This document shows positions 27,254 through 37,218 of a stretch of 64,000 nucleotides of DNA, piece after piece; position 1 is the stretch's first letter, and each line of letters opens with the position of its first letter. The DNA comes from an uncultured Acetatifactor sp. GTDB lineage: Bacteria; Bacillota; Clostridia; Lachnospirales; Lachnospiraceae. Below the pieces are notes generated by a model. It was not told the DNA's origin. It did not search any database and saw nothing but the letters and a program-made list of their open reading frames with translations. The stretch covers positions 123 through 64,122 of the forward strand of contig CANRIP010000012.1 in NCBI GenBank assembly GCA_947630715.1. The letters are read 5' to 3'. The translations under genes and the position numbers were made by a program.

Positions 27254-29101
27254 TCAATCCGCGGCGGCAAGCTCCTGTTCCAGCTCCTGCTGTTTGCAGA
27301 TTTTCGCGTAAAATCCCCCTTTGTCCGTCAGCTCCTGATGTGTGCCGTACTCCGCAAGCCTTCCCTCCTCCAGCACGGCGATGTGATCCGCCTGTTTCAG
27401 AGTGGAGATGCGGTGAGCGATCAGGATGGTGGTCTTTCCCTTCCTGAGCCGTATCAGGTTTTGCAGGATCTGTTCCTCCGTGTCCGTGTCAACGGCGGAG
27501 AGGGAGTCATCCAGAATCAGAATGGAGGCGTCTTTTAACAGGGCTCTGGCAATGGCGGTTCTCTGTTTCTGGCCGCCGGAGAGAGTGACGCCACGTTCCC
27601 CCGTGACGGTCCGGTACTGTTCCGGAAACTCCATGATATTGTCGTGAATACAGGTATCCATGGCGGCCTGCCGGATCCGGTCCCGGAGGGTGGGATCTTC
27701 GTCGATGCGTTCTTCCAGGCCGAAGGCTATATTTTCCTCCAGGGTATCGGAGAACAGGAAGTTTTCCTGCGGCACATAGGCCGTGTCTCTGTGCAGCACC
27801 TCCAGAGGGTATTCGTCGATGGGTCTGCCGTCCAGCAGGATGGCGCCCTTTTCACAGTCATAGACCCGCAGCAGCAGATCGGCCAGCGTGGATTTGCCGC
27901 TGCCGGTTCTGGCCAGTATCCCCAGCATTTCTCCCGGGGCGATGTGCAGATTGATATGGGAAAGCGCCGGGTATGTGCCATCGGGATAGGTAAAGCTGAG
28001 ATCCCGGATTTCAATACCGCCCTGAAGGCGAAGCTCGCTGAAGGGTTTCATGCCAGGGAAACGGAGAAGCAGGCCGGGATCCTTTTTCAGACAGGCAAGA
28101 TCCGGAAGCTCCTTGGGATAACTGTCTATGATATCCGGTTTTTCCTGAAAGATCAGAGAAATACGTTTCAGGGCGGCAGCGGCCTGGGTAAAGGCGTTCA
28201 CCGAATCCCCGCAGGCGATCATGGGCCATACCAGCATGCCGATATAGGACTGAAACGCCACGAACTGACCGATGCTGACCTGGCCGTTTAATACCATGCG
28301 TCCGCCTACTGCCAGGGTGAGCAGTATGCTGATCCCGGTCACCGCGTCCAGAAAGGGGCCGACCACTACCCACAGCTTTACGGCGGAAAGTGTTTTTTCC
28401 ATGCTGTTTTTGCCGGCGGCCTCAAAGGAGGCGCGGTCTTCTTCCTCCTGCACGAAGGCTTTCAGGACCCGGATGCCCGCCAGACTTTCCTGCACCTTGT
28501 CGGACAGATCGGAAAAGGCCTGCTGTCTTTTCAACTGTCTTTTCCGGGATTCGATGCCGTAGAAATAACAGGCCACCGCCACCAGAGTCAGGGGGATAAA
28601 GGCAAACACGGTGAGCTTCAGATCCACATACAGGATCATTTTCACCAGCACCATCAGCGTCATGACCACGGCGTCAAAGGCGGTGATCACGGCCATGCCC
28701 GCCGCCTGGCGGACGGCTTGCAGATCGTTGGTGAAATGGGCCATCAGATCTCCGGTTTTATGGCTGTTGTAAAATCGGGCGGACAGGGTTTCCAGGTGGG
28801 CGAACATGTCGTTGCGCAGCCGGTATTCGATGCCCCGGGAGGCGCCGACGATGAAGTATCTCCACCCGAAACGGCCCAGCGTCATAATCAGGCCCGCGCA
28901 AAAGACGCGGATCAAAAGGGGGCCTGCGTGGAAGAGAGTCCCCTGGGACAGCCCGTCTATGATTTCCCCCGTGTATTGCGGAATGGACAGGCTGGCCAGA
29001 TCTACCAGCAAAAGCACGGCAATTCCGGCCGCGTAATGCCACCGATATTGCAGCAGGTAGGGGATCAGTGAAAATTTGGATGATTTCGGTTCGGTGTTCA
29101 T
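27254..29101 (-). CDS. ABC exporter, fused permease/ATPase (first half of a heterodimer)
   Basis: TM domain; ARTGSGKS, LSGGQKQR, degenerate Walker B LDDS; start placed at MNTEPK. Confidence 0.92.
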   Translation of the reverse strand: MNTEPKSSKFSLIPYLLQYRWHYAAGIAVLLLVDLASLSIPQYTGEIIDGLSQGTLFHAGPLLIRVFCAGLIMTLGRFGWRYFIVGASRGIEYRLRNDMFAHLETLSARFYNSHKTGDLMAHFTNDLQAVRQAAGMAVITAFDAVVMTLMVLVKMILYVDLKLTVFAFIPLTLVAVACYFYGIESRKRQLKRQQAFSDLSDKVQESLAGIRVLKAFVQEEEDRASFEAAGKNSMEKTLSAVKLWVVVGPFLDAVTGISILLTLAVGGRMVLNGQVSIGQFVAFQSYIGMLVWPMIACGDSVNAFTQAAAALKRISLIFQEKPDIIDSYPKELPDLACLKKDPGLLLRFPGMKPFSELRLQGGIEIRDLSFTYPDGTYPALSHINLHIAPGEMLGILARTGSGKSTLADLLLRVYDCEKGAILLDGRPIDEYPLEVLHRDTAYVPQENFLFSDTLEENIAFGLEERIDEDPTLRDRIRQAAMDTCIHDNIMEFPEQYRTVTGERGVTLSGGQKQRTAIARALLKDASILILDDSLSAVDTDTEEQILQNLIRLRKGKTTILIAHRISTLKQADHIAVLEEGRLAEYGTHQELTDKGGFYAKICKQQELEQELAAAD

Positions 29102-29185
29102 ACTGGATCTTTCCTCTCTGAGCCGGCGCAGGCGGTACGGCCCGCGGACGGTAAGGATGCCCGCCATATGCGGGACGCAATAGAA

Positions 29186-29241
29186 AGTATACATGATTTG
29201 GGATGTTTTGTCATTCTCAAAATGCAAATTTGGGAATGTTT
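29186..29241 (-). promoter_or_regulatory. Promoter of the ABC exporter overlapped by a direct repeat
   Basis: Minus strand ATGACA-17 bp-TATACT; ATTTGGGA(A)TGTTT at 29196 and 29228. Confidence 0.45.
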
Positions 29242-29320
29242 CCACACAAAAATCGAGGCAGCATGTCTCCATGACTTGCTGTCTCCTGTCAACACCTCTG
29301 TTCATAGTCCTGTCTGACCG

Positions 29321-30670
29321 TCAAAGCCCGCATCCCAAGAAAGTCGGATCCGTCGCCTGGTCATTACTTGCGAACGGAAAAATTAATGCAATATCATACT
29401 TTTTTGCATCATTTTGAACTTCCGCTCTGCCACCCATCTGCTCCATCATCTCCGCCACATTTTTCAGCCCAATCCCTGTCTTAGAGGTGATGGCAGGATC
29501 AGGATTCACAGCATTTGAAATGTGTAAGGAGATTTCCCTGTCGCGGTACTCGATCCATATCTTTACCGTGGTCTGCGGCTCCGCGTACTTTACAATATTA
29601 GAATAAAGGTTATTGTTGATCCGACCAATATATTCCGAATACAGGGACACTTTAAACGGTTTCCAGCATAAGTCTCCGATATCGGCTTGAAAACCGGCAT
29701 GTTCCAAAAGATAAACCATCTCCGAGAGATATTCCCCAATGGCATATTCTGCTTCACAGGGTTCTTCCAATTTGATTCCTTCGGCAGTGCTGGTGAGGAA
29801 GTATTCAAAGAGCTGCTCGGACAGTTCTTTGATCTCCACAGCTTTTGCGAAAGCTTTCTCCGCATAAGTCCTCTCATCCCCCCATATCCGATCGCTGTTT
29901 CGCAGGATTTCCAAATATGCGGTCTGGCTTGTCAGAGGGGTCCGCAGATCATGAGCCATACCAAGCAGCAGGCTTTCCTGAGAAACCTTCATCGCATGCT
30001 CTTTTTTCCGGGCCGTCAGAATAGCTTCCCGCATCTTGTTTAACTGCTCTGCCAGTGCGCTGACCTCGTCCCTCCCCTTGACGGTGATACCGTATTCATA
30101 ATCGCTTTCCTGCATTTTGGAAATTTCTCCCCTGATCAGGACAATATACCTGACTTCTTTTCTGATGCCCCAGAAAAGAAAAAGGACATAACAAAGTACA
30201 GCCGTAAAGGCCGCCATGATATTTACCAAAACATAATACTTTTCGGCATATCCGTTATAGATAAACACATCCGCAGGCCCATCCGCGAATTCCACCTGAT
30301 GAAAATACGGCCATGTGATATTCAAATCCCTCTCTACATTTCCTAATAGCGAAAAACTCCCTGTATTGGAAATTCCCACAATGGGCTGGTTTTCCCTTGA
30401 TATGGTAATATAGCCAATATTTTGCGACTCAACCCAGTCCATAATGCTTTCCTTATCATCGGCTCCGATCTCATTGGCAAGAATAAACTTCTGCAGCTTT
30501 CCTATGTCCCCTTCCTCCGCTCTGTATATAAAGCCTGATGTATAAAAATAATAATCTGCATACTCATTGCCCACATAGTAAACGATCCCAAAGAAAGCAA
30601 CCGCTATCACAAAACCGCTGATAACAAGCGCTATCATCTTCTTCGTCAGGCTTTCCCTTATTTTACCCAA
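29321..30670 (-). CDS. HAMP-containing sensor histidine kinase
   Basis: 2 TMs, HAMP (GRDEVSALA), H-box AHDLRTPLT, N-box NLYSNIVKYA, TGIGL. Confidence 0.92.
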   Translation of the reverse strand: MGKIRESLTKKMIALVISGFVIAVAFFGIVYYVGNEYADYYFYTSGFIYRAEEGDIGKLQKFILANEIGADDKESIMDWVESQNIGYITISRENQPIVGISNTGSFSLLGNVERDLNITWPYFHQVEFADGPADVFIYNGYAEKYYVLVNIMAAFTAVLCYVLFLFWGIRKEVRYIVLIRGEISKMQESDYEYGITVKGRDEVSALAEQLNKMREAILTARKKEHAMKVSQESLLLGMAHDLRTPLTSQTAYLEILRNSDRIWGDERTYAEKAFAKAVEIKELSEQLFEYFLTSTAEGIKLEEPCEAEYAIGEYLSEMVYLLEHAGFQADIGDLCWKPFKVSLYSEYIGRINNNLYSNIVKYAEPQTTVKIWIEYRDREISLHISNAVNPDPAITSKTGIGLKNVAEMMEQMGGRAEVQNDAKKYDIALIFPFASNDQATDPTFLGCGL

Positions 30671-31355
30671 TCTTATACCCCTTTCCCCATACGGTCTTGA
30701 TAATCTCCGGCTGCTGCGGATTTTTCTCGACCTTGGAGCGGATATTTTTGATATGGACCATCACGGTGTTTGCTGATGTATACAAAAAAGGTTCCTGCCA
30801 TATGCTCGTATAGAGATTTTCCGCAGAGAAAACCTTGCCCTGATAATCCATCAGCAGTTTTAAGATCAAATGTTCCTTTTCCGTCAGTTCAATGGGTATG
30901 CCGTCTTTCCACACCACCCTGTCCTCCGCGTTCATCTGAAGGTTTTTGTACGAGACCATCGTGTCACCTTTCGATAGATGGCTGTCATAGACTTGATTCC
31001 TCCTGATAAGCGCACCCACTCTTGCCTTTAACTCAATATAGGAAAAGGGCTTGACCAGATAATCGTCTCCGCCTACCCCAAAGCCCTGCAGTTTGTCCAT
31101 TTCCGATGATTTGGCAGTCAAAAACAGGACGGGAACCGTTGACTTATCCCTGATCAGCTTACAAGTCTCTATGCCAGAGAGGCCGGGCATCATAATATCC
31201 AGTATGACGAGCGCTATCCTCCCATCCAACAGACGCAGTCCTGCGGCACCGTCCGCCGCCTCTACCACAACGTAGCCTTCACTTTGCAGCAGGATACGGA
31301 TGCCTTCCCTGATATCCGGATTGTCCTCAATGATCAAAATGGTTCCCCTTTCCAT
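30663..31355 (-). CDS. OmpR-family response regulator
   Basis: IIEDN, LDIMMP, GGDDYLVKPF, LTEKE, VMVHIKNIR.K, TVWGKGY. Confidence 0.95.
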   Translation of the reverse strand: MERGTILIIEDNPDIREGIRILLQSEGYVVVEAADGAAGLRLLDGRIALVILDIMMPGLSGIETCKLIRDKSTVPVLFLTAKSSEMDKLQGFGVGGDDYLVKPFSYIELKARVGALIRRNQVYDSHLSKGDTMVSYKNLQMNAEDRVVWKDGIPIELTEKEHLILKLLMDYQGKVFSAENLYTSIWQEPFLYTSANTVMVHIKNIRSKVEKNPQQPEIIKTVWGKGYKIG

Positions 31356-31434
31356 ACGATATCCTCGCTCTCTGTCCGCCCAATGGCAAAGGCATCCATA
31401 TTGCCGTGCTCGTACCTTTTCCCATGTGACATCT

Positions 31435-32298
31435 TTATCGGTTTAACGTCTCGTCCAACAGGAGCAGTCCACCATTCCCCGCCGAAAGAACCGTCACCAT
31501 ATCGCCCACATGATCCGTCATGTCATCCCCGGCAACGTACTGTTTCAATCGTATATAATCCTGTTCTGTTCCTTCCAGAATCTCCAGATTATACCATCCT
31601 GTCACTTCCGCAATGGCAGATTCATAGACATTTTCTTCCTTTATAAAAAATACCTCTCCGCTTTTCTCATTGACAATACGATAACCGCTATTTTCCCCGG
31701 TCTGTACCTCCATCGTATAATCAAAACCCGTGAAAAAGCCTTCTGCCACATTCACATACTCGGATCCTGTTTTGTCCAGCAGATACAGACCGCAGCAGCC
31801 GTTTGCTCCCGCATACCGCATATCGAACAACAGAAGAATCTCCGCATCTTCATCCCCGTCAAAATTCCCTGCCAGAATGTCTATAAAATCACAATCCGCA
31901 TTCTCAATGATATAGGGGTTAGAACATCCCGACAGAACAAGTTCCAGCTTTTGAATCATCTCGGAGCCTTCTTCTTCCCTGGTCATAATCATAAGCGTAT
32001 CTTCCGCGCCGTCACTGTCCCAATTTCCCGTAAAGACCCCCGATTTGGATTCCATCACTCTGGAAGAATTGTCCAAAGAATATGTAATTGGCAAAGCCTC
32101 ATAAGAAATACCCATGGTATCTTTCGTATGTCCCGTATCATCCGCCTGTACCTGTTGGGTTGATGTCTGTACATCATCTGTCTGGTCTGCGCCCGCATTT
32201 TGAGATTCCCTGCCGCAAGCAGGAATTGTCAGCGTCATTCCGCCAAACAGCACTATAAGTAAAACCTTTTTTAACGCCGTTTTATGAAACGTATCCAT
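31435..32298 (-). CDS. Lipoprotein with FG-GAP-like Ca-binding motifs
   Basis: Lipobox IPA-C; GNWDSDG.ED and GNFDGDEDAEI motifs. Confidence 0.7.
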   Translation of the reverse strand: MDTFHKTALKKVLLIVLFGGMTLTIPACGRESQNAGADQTDDVQTSTQQVQADDTGHTKDTMGISYEALPITYSLDNSSRVMESKSGVFTGNWDSDGAEDTLMIMTREEEGSEMIQKLELVLSGCSNPYIIENADCDFIDILAGNFDGDEDAEILLLFDMRYAGANGCCGLYLLDKTGSEYVNVAEGFFTGFDYTMEVQTGENSGYRIVNEKSGEVFFIKEENVYESAIAEVTGWYNLEILEGTEQDYIRLKQYVAGDDMTDHVGDMVTVLSAGNGGLLLLDETLNR

Positions 32299-32441
32299 TT
32301 TGCACCTTTCTTTCTATGTATCAATCTATTCTTTTTTGGTTTCAGGGTCAAGAAGGAATTCCCCGATGTTTCCCCTGGCCCTGTTTTGGCACTCTGCTGC
32401 GGAGATATGCCGCATTCCTTTATGGTTGTACAACTGTAAAA

Positions 32442-32496
32442 ATCATACGCTTTCTTTCTGAAGAAACCGCTTAAGAGTTTCTGAAGAAATCTGAAA
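32442..32496 (-). promoter_or_regulatory. Tandem OmpR-type operator repeats and -10 element for the lipoprotein-RR-HK operon
   Basis: CT(G/T)AA(G/A) at 32458, 32470, 32481 and 32491; minus-strand TATGAT at 32442-32447. Confidence 0.5.
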
Positions 32497-32671
32497 CTTG
32501 TTGAAGTGCTTTACAGGATTCGCATGATTCCATTTTGAAATGTTCCTTGTTTACGTCTTTTATTTTCGTTGCCGAAAGGGAGCGAATATGCTATACTGTG
32601 TTTATTAGACGGCATTGTGCGCGGGCAAACGCCCAAACGGCGATATATGGCAGAATGAGGAGGAATTACAG

Positions 32672-33595
32672 GTGAGATTAGTGACACGTTCTGATTTTGA
32701 CGGGTTGGCATGCGGGGCGCTTCTGCTGGAGGCGGGCATTATCGACAGTTGGAAATTTGCGCATCCCAAGGATCTTCAGGATGGACTGGTGGAAGTGGAT
32801 GAAAACGACTGCCTGGCCAACGTTCCCTTTGTGGAGGGCTGCGGCCTGTGGTTTGACCACCATTCCAGCGAATTTGAACGCAACCAGTTGGAGGGGAAGT
32901 ATAAGGGAGAAAGCCGGCTTACGCCCTCCTGTGCACGGATTATTTATGAGTATTACGGCGGAAAGGAGCGCTTTCCCCAGTTTGACGATATGATGGAAGC
33001 GGTGGATAAGGTGGACTCCGGAAACCTTACCGTGGATGAGGTGATGAACCCGCAGGGCTGGATTCTGGTGGGATTTCTGATGGATCCCCGGACGGGGCTG
33101 GGGCGCTGGAGGCAGTTTTCCATCTCCAATTACCAGTTGATGGAGGAACTGATGAAATGCTGCCGCACCATGTCTACGTCCGAAATTCTGGCGCTGCCGG
33201 ACGTGCAGGAGAGGATTGAGGTTTACAATGAGCAGACCGAAAAGTTTAAGGAAATGGTAAACGCCCATACCCGCGTGGAGGGAAACGTGATTATCAGCGA
33301 TTTAAGAGGCGTGGATCCCATTTATACGGGCAACCGTTTCCTGATTTACAGTATGTATCCGGAACAGAATATCTCCGTGTGGATCGTAAGCGGCCGGGGC
33401 GGCCAGGGATGCTCTGCCGCCGTGGGGCACAGTATCCTGAACAGAACCAGCGGCGTGGATGTGGGAAGCCTGATGCTCAAATATAACGGAGGCGGGCATA
33501 AAAAGGTGGGAACCTGTCAGTTTTCCAATGAAAACATGGAGACGGAGCTGCCGAAGATGCTGGCGGAGCTGTGCCGGCTGGCGAACGGGCAATGA
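32672..33595 (+). CDS. DHH-superfamily phosphoesterase (exopolyphosphatase/NrnB-like)
   Basis: TRSDFDG, WFDHH, C-terminal GGGH; GTG start after GAGGAGG. Confidence 0.85.
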   Translation: MRLVTRSDFDGLACGALLLEAGIIDSWKFAHPKDLQDGLVEVDENDCLANVPFVEGCGLWFDHHSSEFERNQLEGKYKGESRLTPSCARIIYEYYGGKERFPQFDDMMEAVDKVDSGNLTVDEVMNPQGWILVGFLMDPRTGLGRWRQFSISNYQLMEELMKCCRTMSTSEILALPDVQERIEVYNEQTEKFKEMVNAHTRVEGNVIISDLRGVDPIYTGNRFLIYSMYPEQNISVWIVSGRGGQGCSAAVGHSILNRTSGVDVGSLMLKYNGGGHKKVGTCQFSNENMETELPKMLAELCRLANGQ

Positions 33596-33722
33596 GCCTC
33601 TCCTTCTGCGGGCGGCGGGTCTGTAAAAATTTTATGAAATTGCGTAAAAAGGCTTTGAGAGGGGCAGACTCTGAGACAGGACTGAATAAAATGCCGTCAG
33701 AGGCAGAAGGGATGATCGATTC

Positions 33723-34382
33723 ATGAAAAGATTACAGATAGTGATATGCGCATGCGCGCTGGCCGCGCTCCTGTCAGGATGCGGCGGGCAGAACGGGGAT
33801 AGCGGGGAATCTTCCCAGACGCAGCAGGGAGAGAGCGCACAGGAGGGCAAAGAACCCGAATCGCAGGAATCCTCCGTCCCTCCGGAGGAAGGAAACGTCT
33901 CCGACGGCCACAATTACGAAGACGGCTGGACCGCGCAGATGGAAGAAATCAAAGAGGCGGTGGCGGAAAAGCTGGGGGAGGATTACTGGCCCAATATGGC
34001 TGTTCTGCCGGATCAGTTGGAGAAGATGACGGGCATTACCCCCCAGATGTACGAGGATTATTTTGCGGAAATGCCGATGATCAGCACCAACGTGGACTGC
34101 CTGATGGTTATCAAGGCTGTGGAGGATCAGGCGGACGCGGTGGAACAGGCGCTGCTGGATTATTATGACAAAAATGTAAACGATACCTTGCAATACCCTC
34201 AGAATGTGGGAAAGATTCAGGGGGCAAGAGTGGAGCGGCTGGGCGATTATGTGATTTTTTCCCAGCTTGGAGCGGATACCACAGCCGTTTCCGAGGAAGG
34301 GGATCAGGAAGTGATCATTGCTCACTGCCAGGAGGTCAACGAGCTGGTCATTGAAACGATCAGCAATATGATCCAGCACTGA
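33723..34382 (+). CDS. Lipoprotein, DUF4358-like, associated with the MBOAT operon
   Basis: Lipobox LSG-C; PMIS.NVD...VIKA and YP motifs; directly upstream of the MBOAT gene. Confidence 0.72.
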   Translation: MKRLQIVICACALAALLSGCGGQNGDSGESSQTQQGESAQEGKEPESQESSVPPEEGNVSDGHNYEDGWTAQMEEIKEAVAEKLGEDYWPNMAVLPDQLEKMTGITPQMYEDYFAEMPMISTNVDCLMVIKAVEDQADAVEQALLDYYDKNVNDTLQYPQNVGKIQGARVERLGDYVIFSQLGADTTAVSEEGDQEVIIAHCQEVNELVIETISNMIQH

Positions 34383-34424
34383 GTGACATCCCGAACGGAG
34401 TGTTTTCCCTGAAGGAGACAGACC

Positions 34425-35834
34425 ATGGTATTCAGCAGCGTAGTGTTTCTGTTTCGGTTTCTGCCGGCGTTTATGATCTGTTATTTTCTGGCTCCCGGGA
34501 GGATGAGGAATTTCATCCTCCTTTTGGGGAGCTTGTTTTTTTACGCCTGGGGAGAGCCGGTCTATGTGCTGCTGATGCTGTTTTCCACCGTTGTGGATTA
34601 TGGGAACGGCCTTCTGATCGAAAGATGGCGGGGTCAAAGGAGGGCGGCGGTCCCTCTGGTTGTCTCTGTCGTGGTCAACCTGGGGGTGCTGGGGTTTTTT
34701 AAATATGGAGATTTTTTGGTTTCTACCGTGAATTCGGTTTTCGGGACCCGGATTCCGCTTCTCCGTCTGGGGCTGCCTATCGGTATTTCCTTTTATACTT
34801 TTCAGACCATGTCCTATACCATCGACGTGTACAGGGGGCAGGCGAAGGTACAGAAAAATCTGCTGGATTTTGGGGTGTATGTGACCATGTTCCCGCAGTT
34901 GATTGCGGGGCCCATTGTAAAGTATCGGGATGTGGAGGATTGTCTTCACAGCCGCCGGACGGATGTGACGGCTGTCAGCCGGGGGATCAGGCGGTTCTGC
35001 GCGGGACTTGCCAAAAAAGTCCTTTTGGCCAACAATCTGGGGGAACTGTGGAATCAGGTCATGGACGGGGGATTTCAGGAGATGAGTATGCTCACGGCCT
35101 GGCTGGGGATCCTGGGTTTTGCCTTTCAAATTTATTTTGATTTTTCCGGGTATTCCGATATGGCTATCGGGCTGGGGGAAATTCTGGGATTTCATTTTCC
35201 GGAAAATTTCAACTATCCCTATCTCTCCGGCTCCGTTACGGAATTTTGGAGAAGGTGGCACATTTCTTTGGGGAGCTGGTTCCGGGAATATGTCTATATT
35301 CCCCTGGGCGGCAACCGGAAAGGGCTGCCAAGACAGTTGCTCCACATCCTGATTGTGTGGATGCTTACGGGGATCTGGCACGGCGCCGGGTGGAATTTTG
35401 CACTGTGGGGGCTTTGGTTTGCGTTTCTGCTGATCCTGGAAAAATTGTTTTTGCACAGAGCGCTGTCCTGGTTTCCCAAGGCGGTGGGAGTGATTTATAC
35501 CTTTGGGGTGGTGCTGGCGGGATGGGCGCTGTTTGCCATTCCCTCCTTCACGGAGCTGGTCAGCTATCTGGGGGCTATGGCGGGAATGGGCGGCCTTCTG
35601 GACGGGAATGGGCTGTATCTTGGCAGGGAGTATCTGGTTTTGCTTGTGATCGCCGCAGTGGGATCCACGCCCTTGCCGCACAGGGCCGTTTCCAGACTGG
35701 AACAGTCTAGGAGATGTGTGTGGACGGCGCTGTTTCGCCTGGGAGAAAAGGTGATTCCCGCGGCGCTTTTGCTCTTATGTATCGCCGGGATCGTGGAGGA
35801 TTCCTACAATCCCTTTTTATATTTCAGATTTTAA
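34425..35834 (+). CDS. MBOAT O-acyltransferase (AlgI/DltB/PatA-like)
   Basis: MVFSS..FLF.FLP, PIGISFYTFQ, DFSGYSDMAIG, FWRRWHISL, GIWHGA, NPFLYFRF. Confidence 0.95.
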   Translation: MVFSSVVFLFRFLPAFMICYFLAPGRMRNFILLLGSLFFYAWGEPVYVLLMLFSTVVDYGNGLLIERWRGQRRAAVPLVVSVVVNLGVLGFFKYGDFLVSTVNSVFGTRIPLLRLGLPIGISFYTFQTMSYTIDVYRGQAKVQKNLLDFGVYVTMFPQLIAGPIVKYRDVEDCLHSRRTDVTAVSRGIRRFCAGLAKKVLLANNLGELWNQVMDGGFQEMSMLTAWLGILGFAFQIYFDFSGYSDMAIGLGEILGFHFPENFNYPYLSGSVTEFWRRWHISLGSWFREYVYIPLGGNRKGLPRQLLHILIVWMLTGIWHGAGWNFALWGLWFAFLLILEKLFLHRALSWFPKAVGVIYTFGVVLAGWALFAIPSFTELVSYLGAMAGMGGLLDGNGLYLGREYLVLLVIAAVGSTPLPHRAVSRLEQSRRCVWTALFRLGEKVIPAALLLLCIAGIVEDSYNPFLYFRF

Positions 35835-35857
35835 TCCTATGGGAAGGAGAAAACGCC

Positions 35858-36976
35858 GTGGATGAGAAAAGAAATGCGGTTTTTACCATATGCGTCCTGT
35901 CGTCCATCCTCCTGTTTTTTACCTTGGCGGATCTTTTTCATGGGGACAGGCTGTATTCGGAGACGGAAAACCGGGTGCTGGCGTCCCGGCCGGAATTTTC
36001 CGCCGCGGCCCTGCTTTCCGGAGATTATACGTCGGATTACGAAACCTATGTGACGGATCAGTTTGTCGGCAGGGATAAATGGATTGATATCAAGACGAAG
36101 ACGGATCTGTTTCTGGGAAAAAGGACCATAAACGGCGTGTATCTGGGGGCGGACGATTATCTGATCGAAAGGCATCTGCCCCAGGAGTATCCTCCCTCGG
36201 AGGCGGAGGAAAAGCTGGAGCTTTTGCGGGCTCTTACGGATCGGTGGGACGCGGCGGTCATGCTGATCCCCACGGCGGACAATATTCTGACGGACAAGCT
36301 GCCGGCCTGCGCCCCTTATTATGACGAGACGCCTCTTTTGGAAAGCGCGTCGGAAATCGCCGGCGAGCGGGGATATGTGGACGTGTTTTCCGCCCTGTGC
36401 CGGCACAGGGGAGAGGAAATCTATTACCGGACGGATCATCATTGGACCAGCCTGGGGGCTTACTACGGATATCTCGCCTGGGCGCAGACCATGGGGGAGG
36501 AGCCCTTTGCCTATGATCCGGCAGGGATGGAGACGGCTGCCGGCGATTTTCAGGGGACTCTCCAATCCAGGCTGAATTTGAAATGGCCGGCGGATTCGAT
36601 CCTGTATTTTCCGGAGACGATGGAGGTAACGCCTCAAATCACTTATGACGGAACCCGGGACAGCCAAAGCTATTATGAGGAATCCCATCTGGATACCAAA
36701 AACAAGTATGGGTTTTTCCTGGACGGCAACCACGGGCTGACCCAGATCGATACCGGCTATGACAGGGACAAGACGCTGATCGTGCTGAAGGATTCCTACG
36801 GGAACTGTCTGATTCCGCTGCTGGCGCCTCATTACGGGAGGATACTGGCGCTGGATCTGAGGTATTACAACGGCAGGCTGTTTCCTCTGCTGGAGCAGTA
36901 TGCGGCGGAAGGGGATACGGACGTGCTGGTGGTATATAATTGCGTTCATTTTTTGGAGGACTTCCTGTATTACTGA
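35858..36976 (+). CDS. DHHW-family (AlgJ/AlgX-like) extracellular acetyltransferase
   Basis: N-terminal anchor, SETENR.LA, YRTDHHWT..GAY, KDSYGN, DLRYY. Confidence 0.88.
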   Translation: MDEKRNAVFTICVLSSILLFFTLADLFHGDRLYSETENRVLASRPEFSAAALLSGDYTSDYETYVTDQFVGRDKWIDIKTKTDLFLGKRTINGVYLGADDYLIERHLPQEYPPSEAEEKLELLRALTDRWDAAVMLIPTADNILTDKLPACAPYYDETPLLESASEIAGERGYVDVFSALCRHRGEEIYYRTDHHWTSLGAYYGYLAWAQTMGEEPFAYDPAGMETAAGDFQGTLQSRLNLKWPADSILYFPETMEVTPQITYDGTRDSQSYYEESHLDTKNKYGFFLDGNHGLTQIDTGYDRDKTLIVLKDSYGNCLIPLLAPHYGRILALDLRYYNGRLFPLLEQYAAEGDTDVLVVYNCVHFLEDFLYY

Positions 36977-37207
36977 AAGGGCGGTTTGAAAAGCCGGAAG
37001 GGACGGTTTGAAAAGCCGGAAGGGACGGTTTGAAAAAGCCGGAAGGGACGGTTTGAAAAGCCGGCAAGGGACGGTTCGGAAAAGCCGAAAAGGTCGGTTT
37101 GGAAAAGCGGAAAGGTCGGTTTGAAAAAGCCGGCAAGGTCGGTTTGAAAAAGCCGGCAAGGTCGGTTTGAAAAAGCCGGCAAGGGCAGTTCAGAAAAGCC
37201 CGGGTTT
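36977..37207 (+). repeat. Array of 10 tandem 22-23 bp hairpin-forming units
   Basis: Consensus CGGTTTGAAA(A)AGCCGG(A/C)AGG(GA/T); units at 36982, 37004, 37026, 37049, 37072, 37095, 37117, 37140, 37163 and 37186. Confidence 0.92.
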
Positions 37208-37218
37208 GGAGGAAATGA

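Noticed and set aside
33774-35681. 635-aa minus-strand ORF
   Set aside because: Antisense shadow of the lipoprotein and MBOAT genes; no motifs or RBS
36977-37207. CRISPR array
   Set aside because: Units are contiguous with no unique spacers, and no cas genes are in the window
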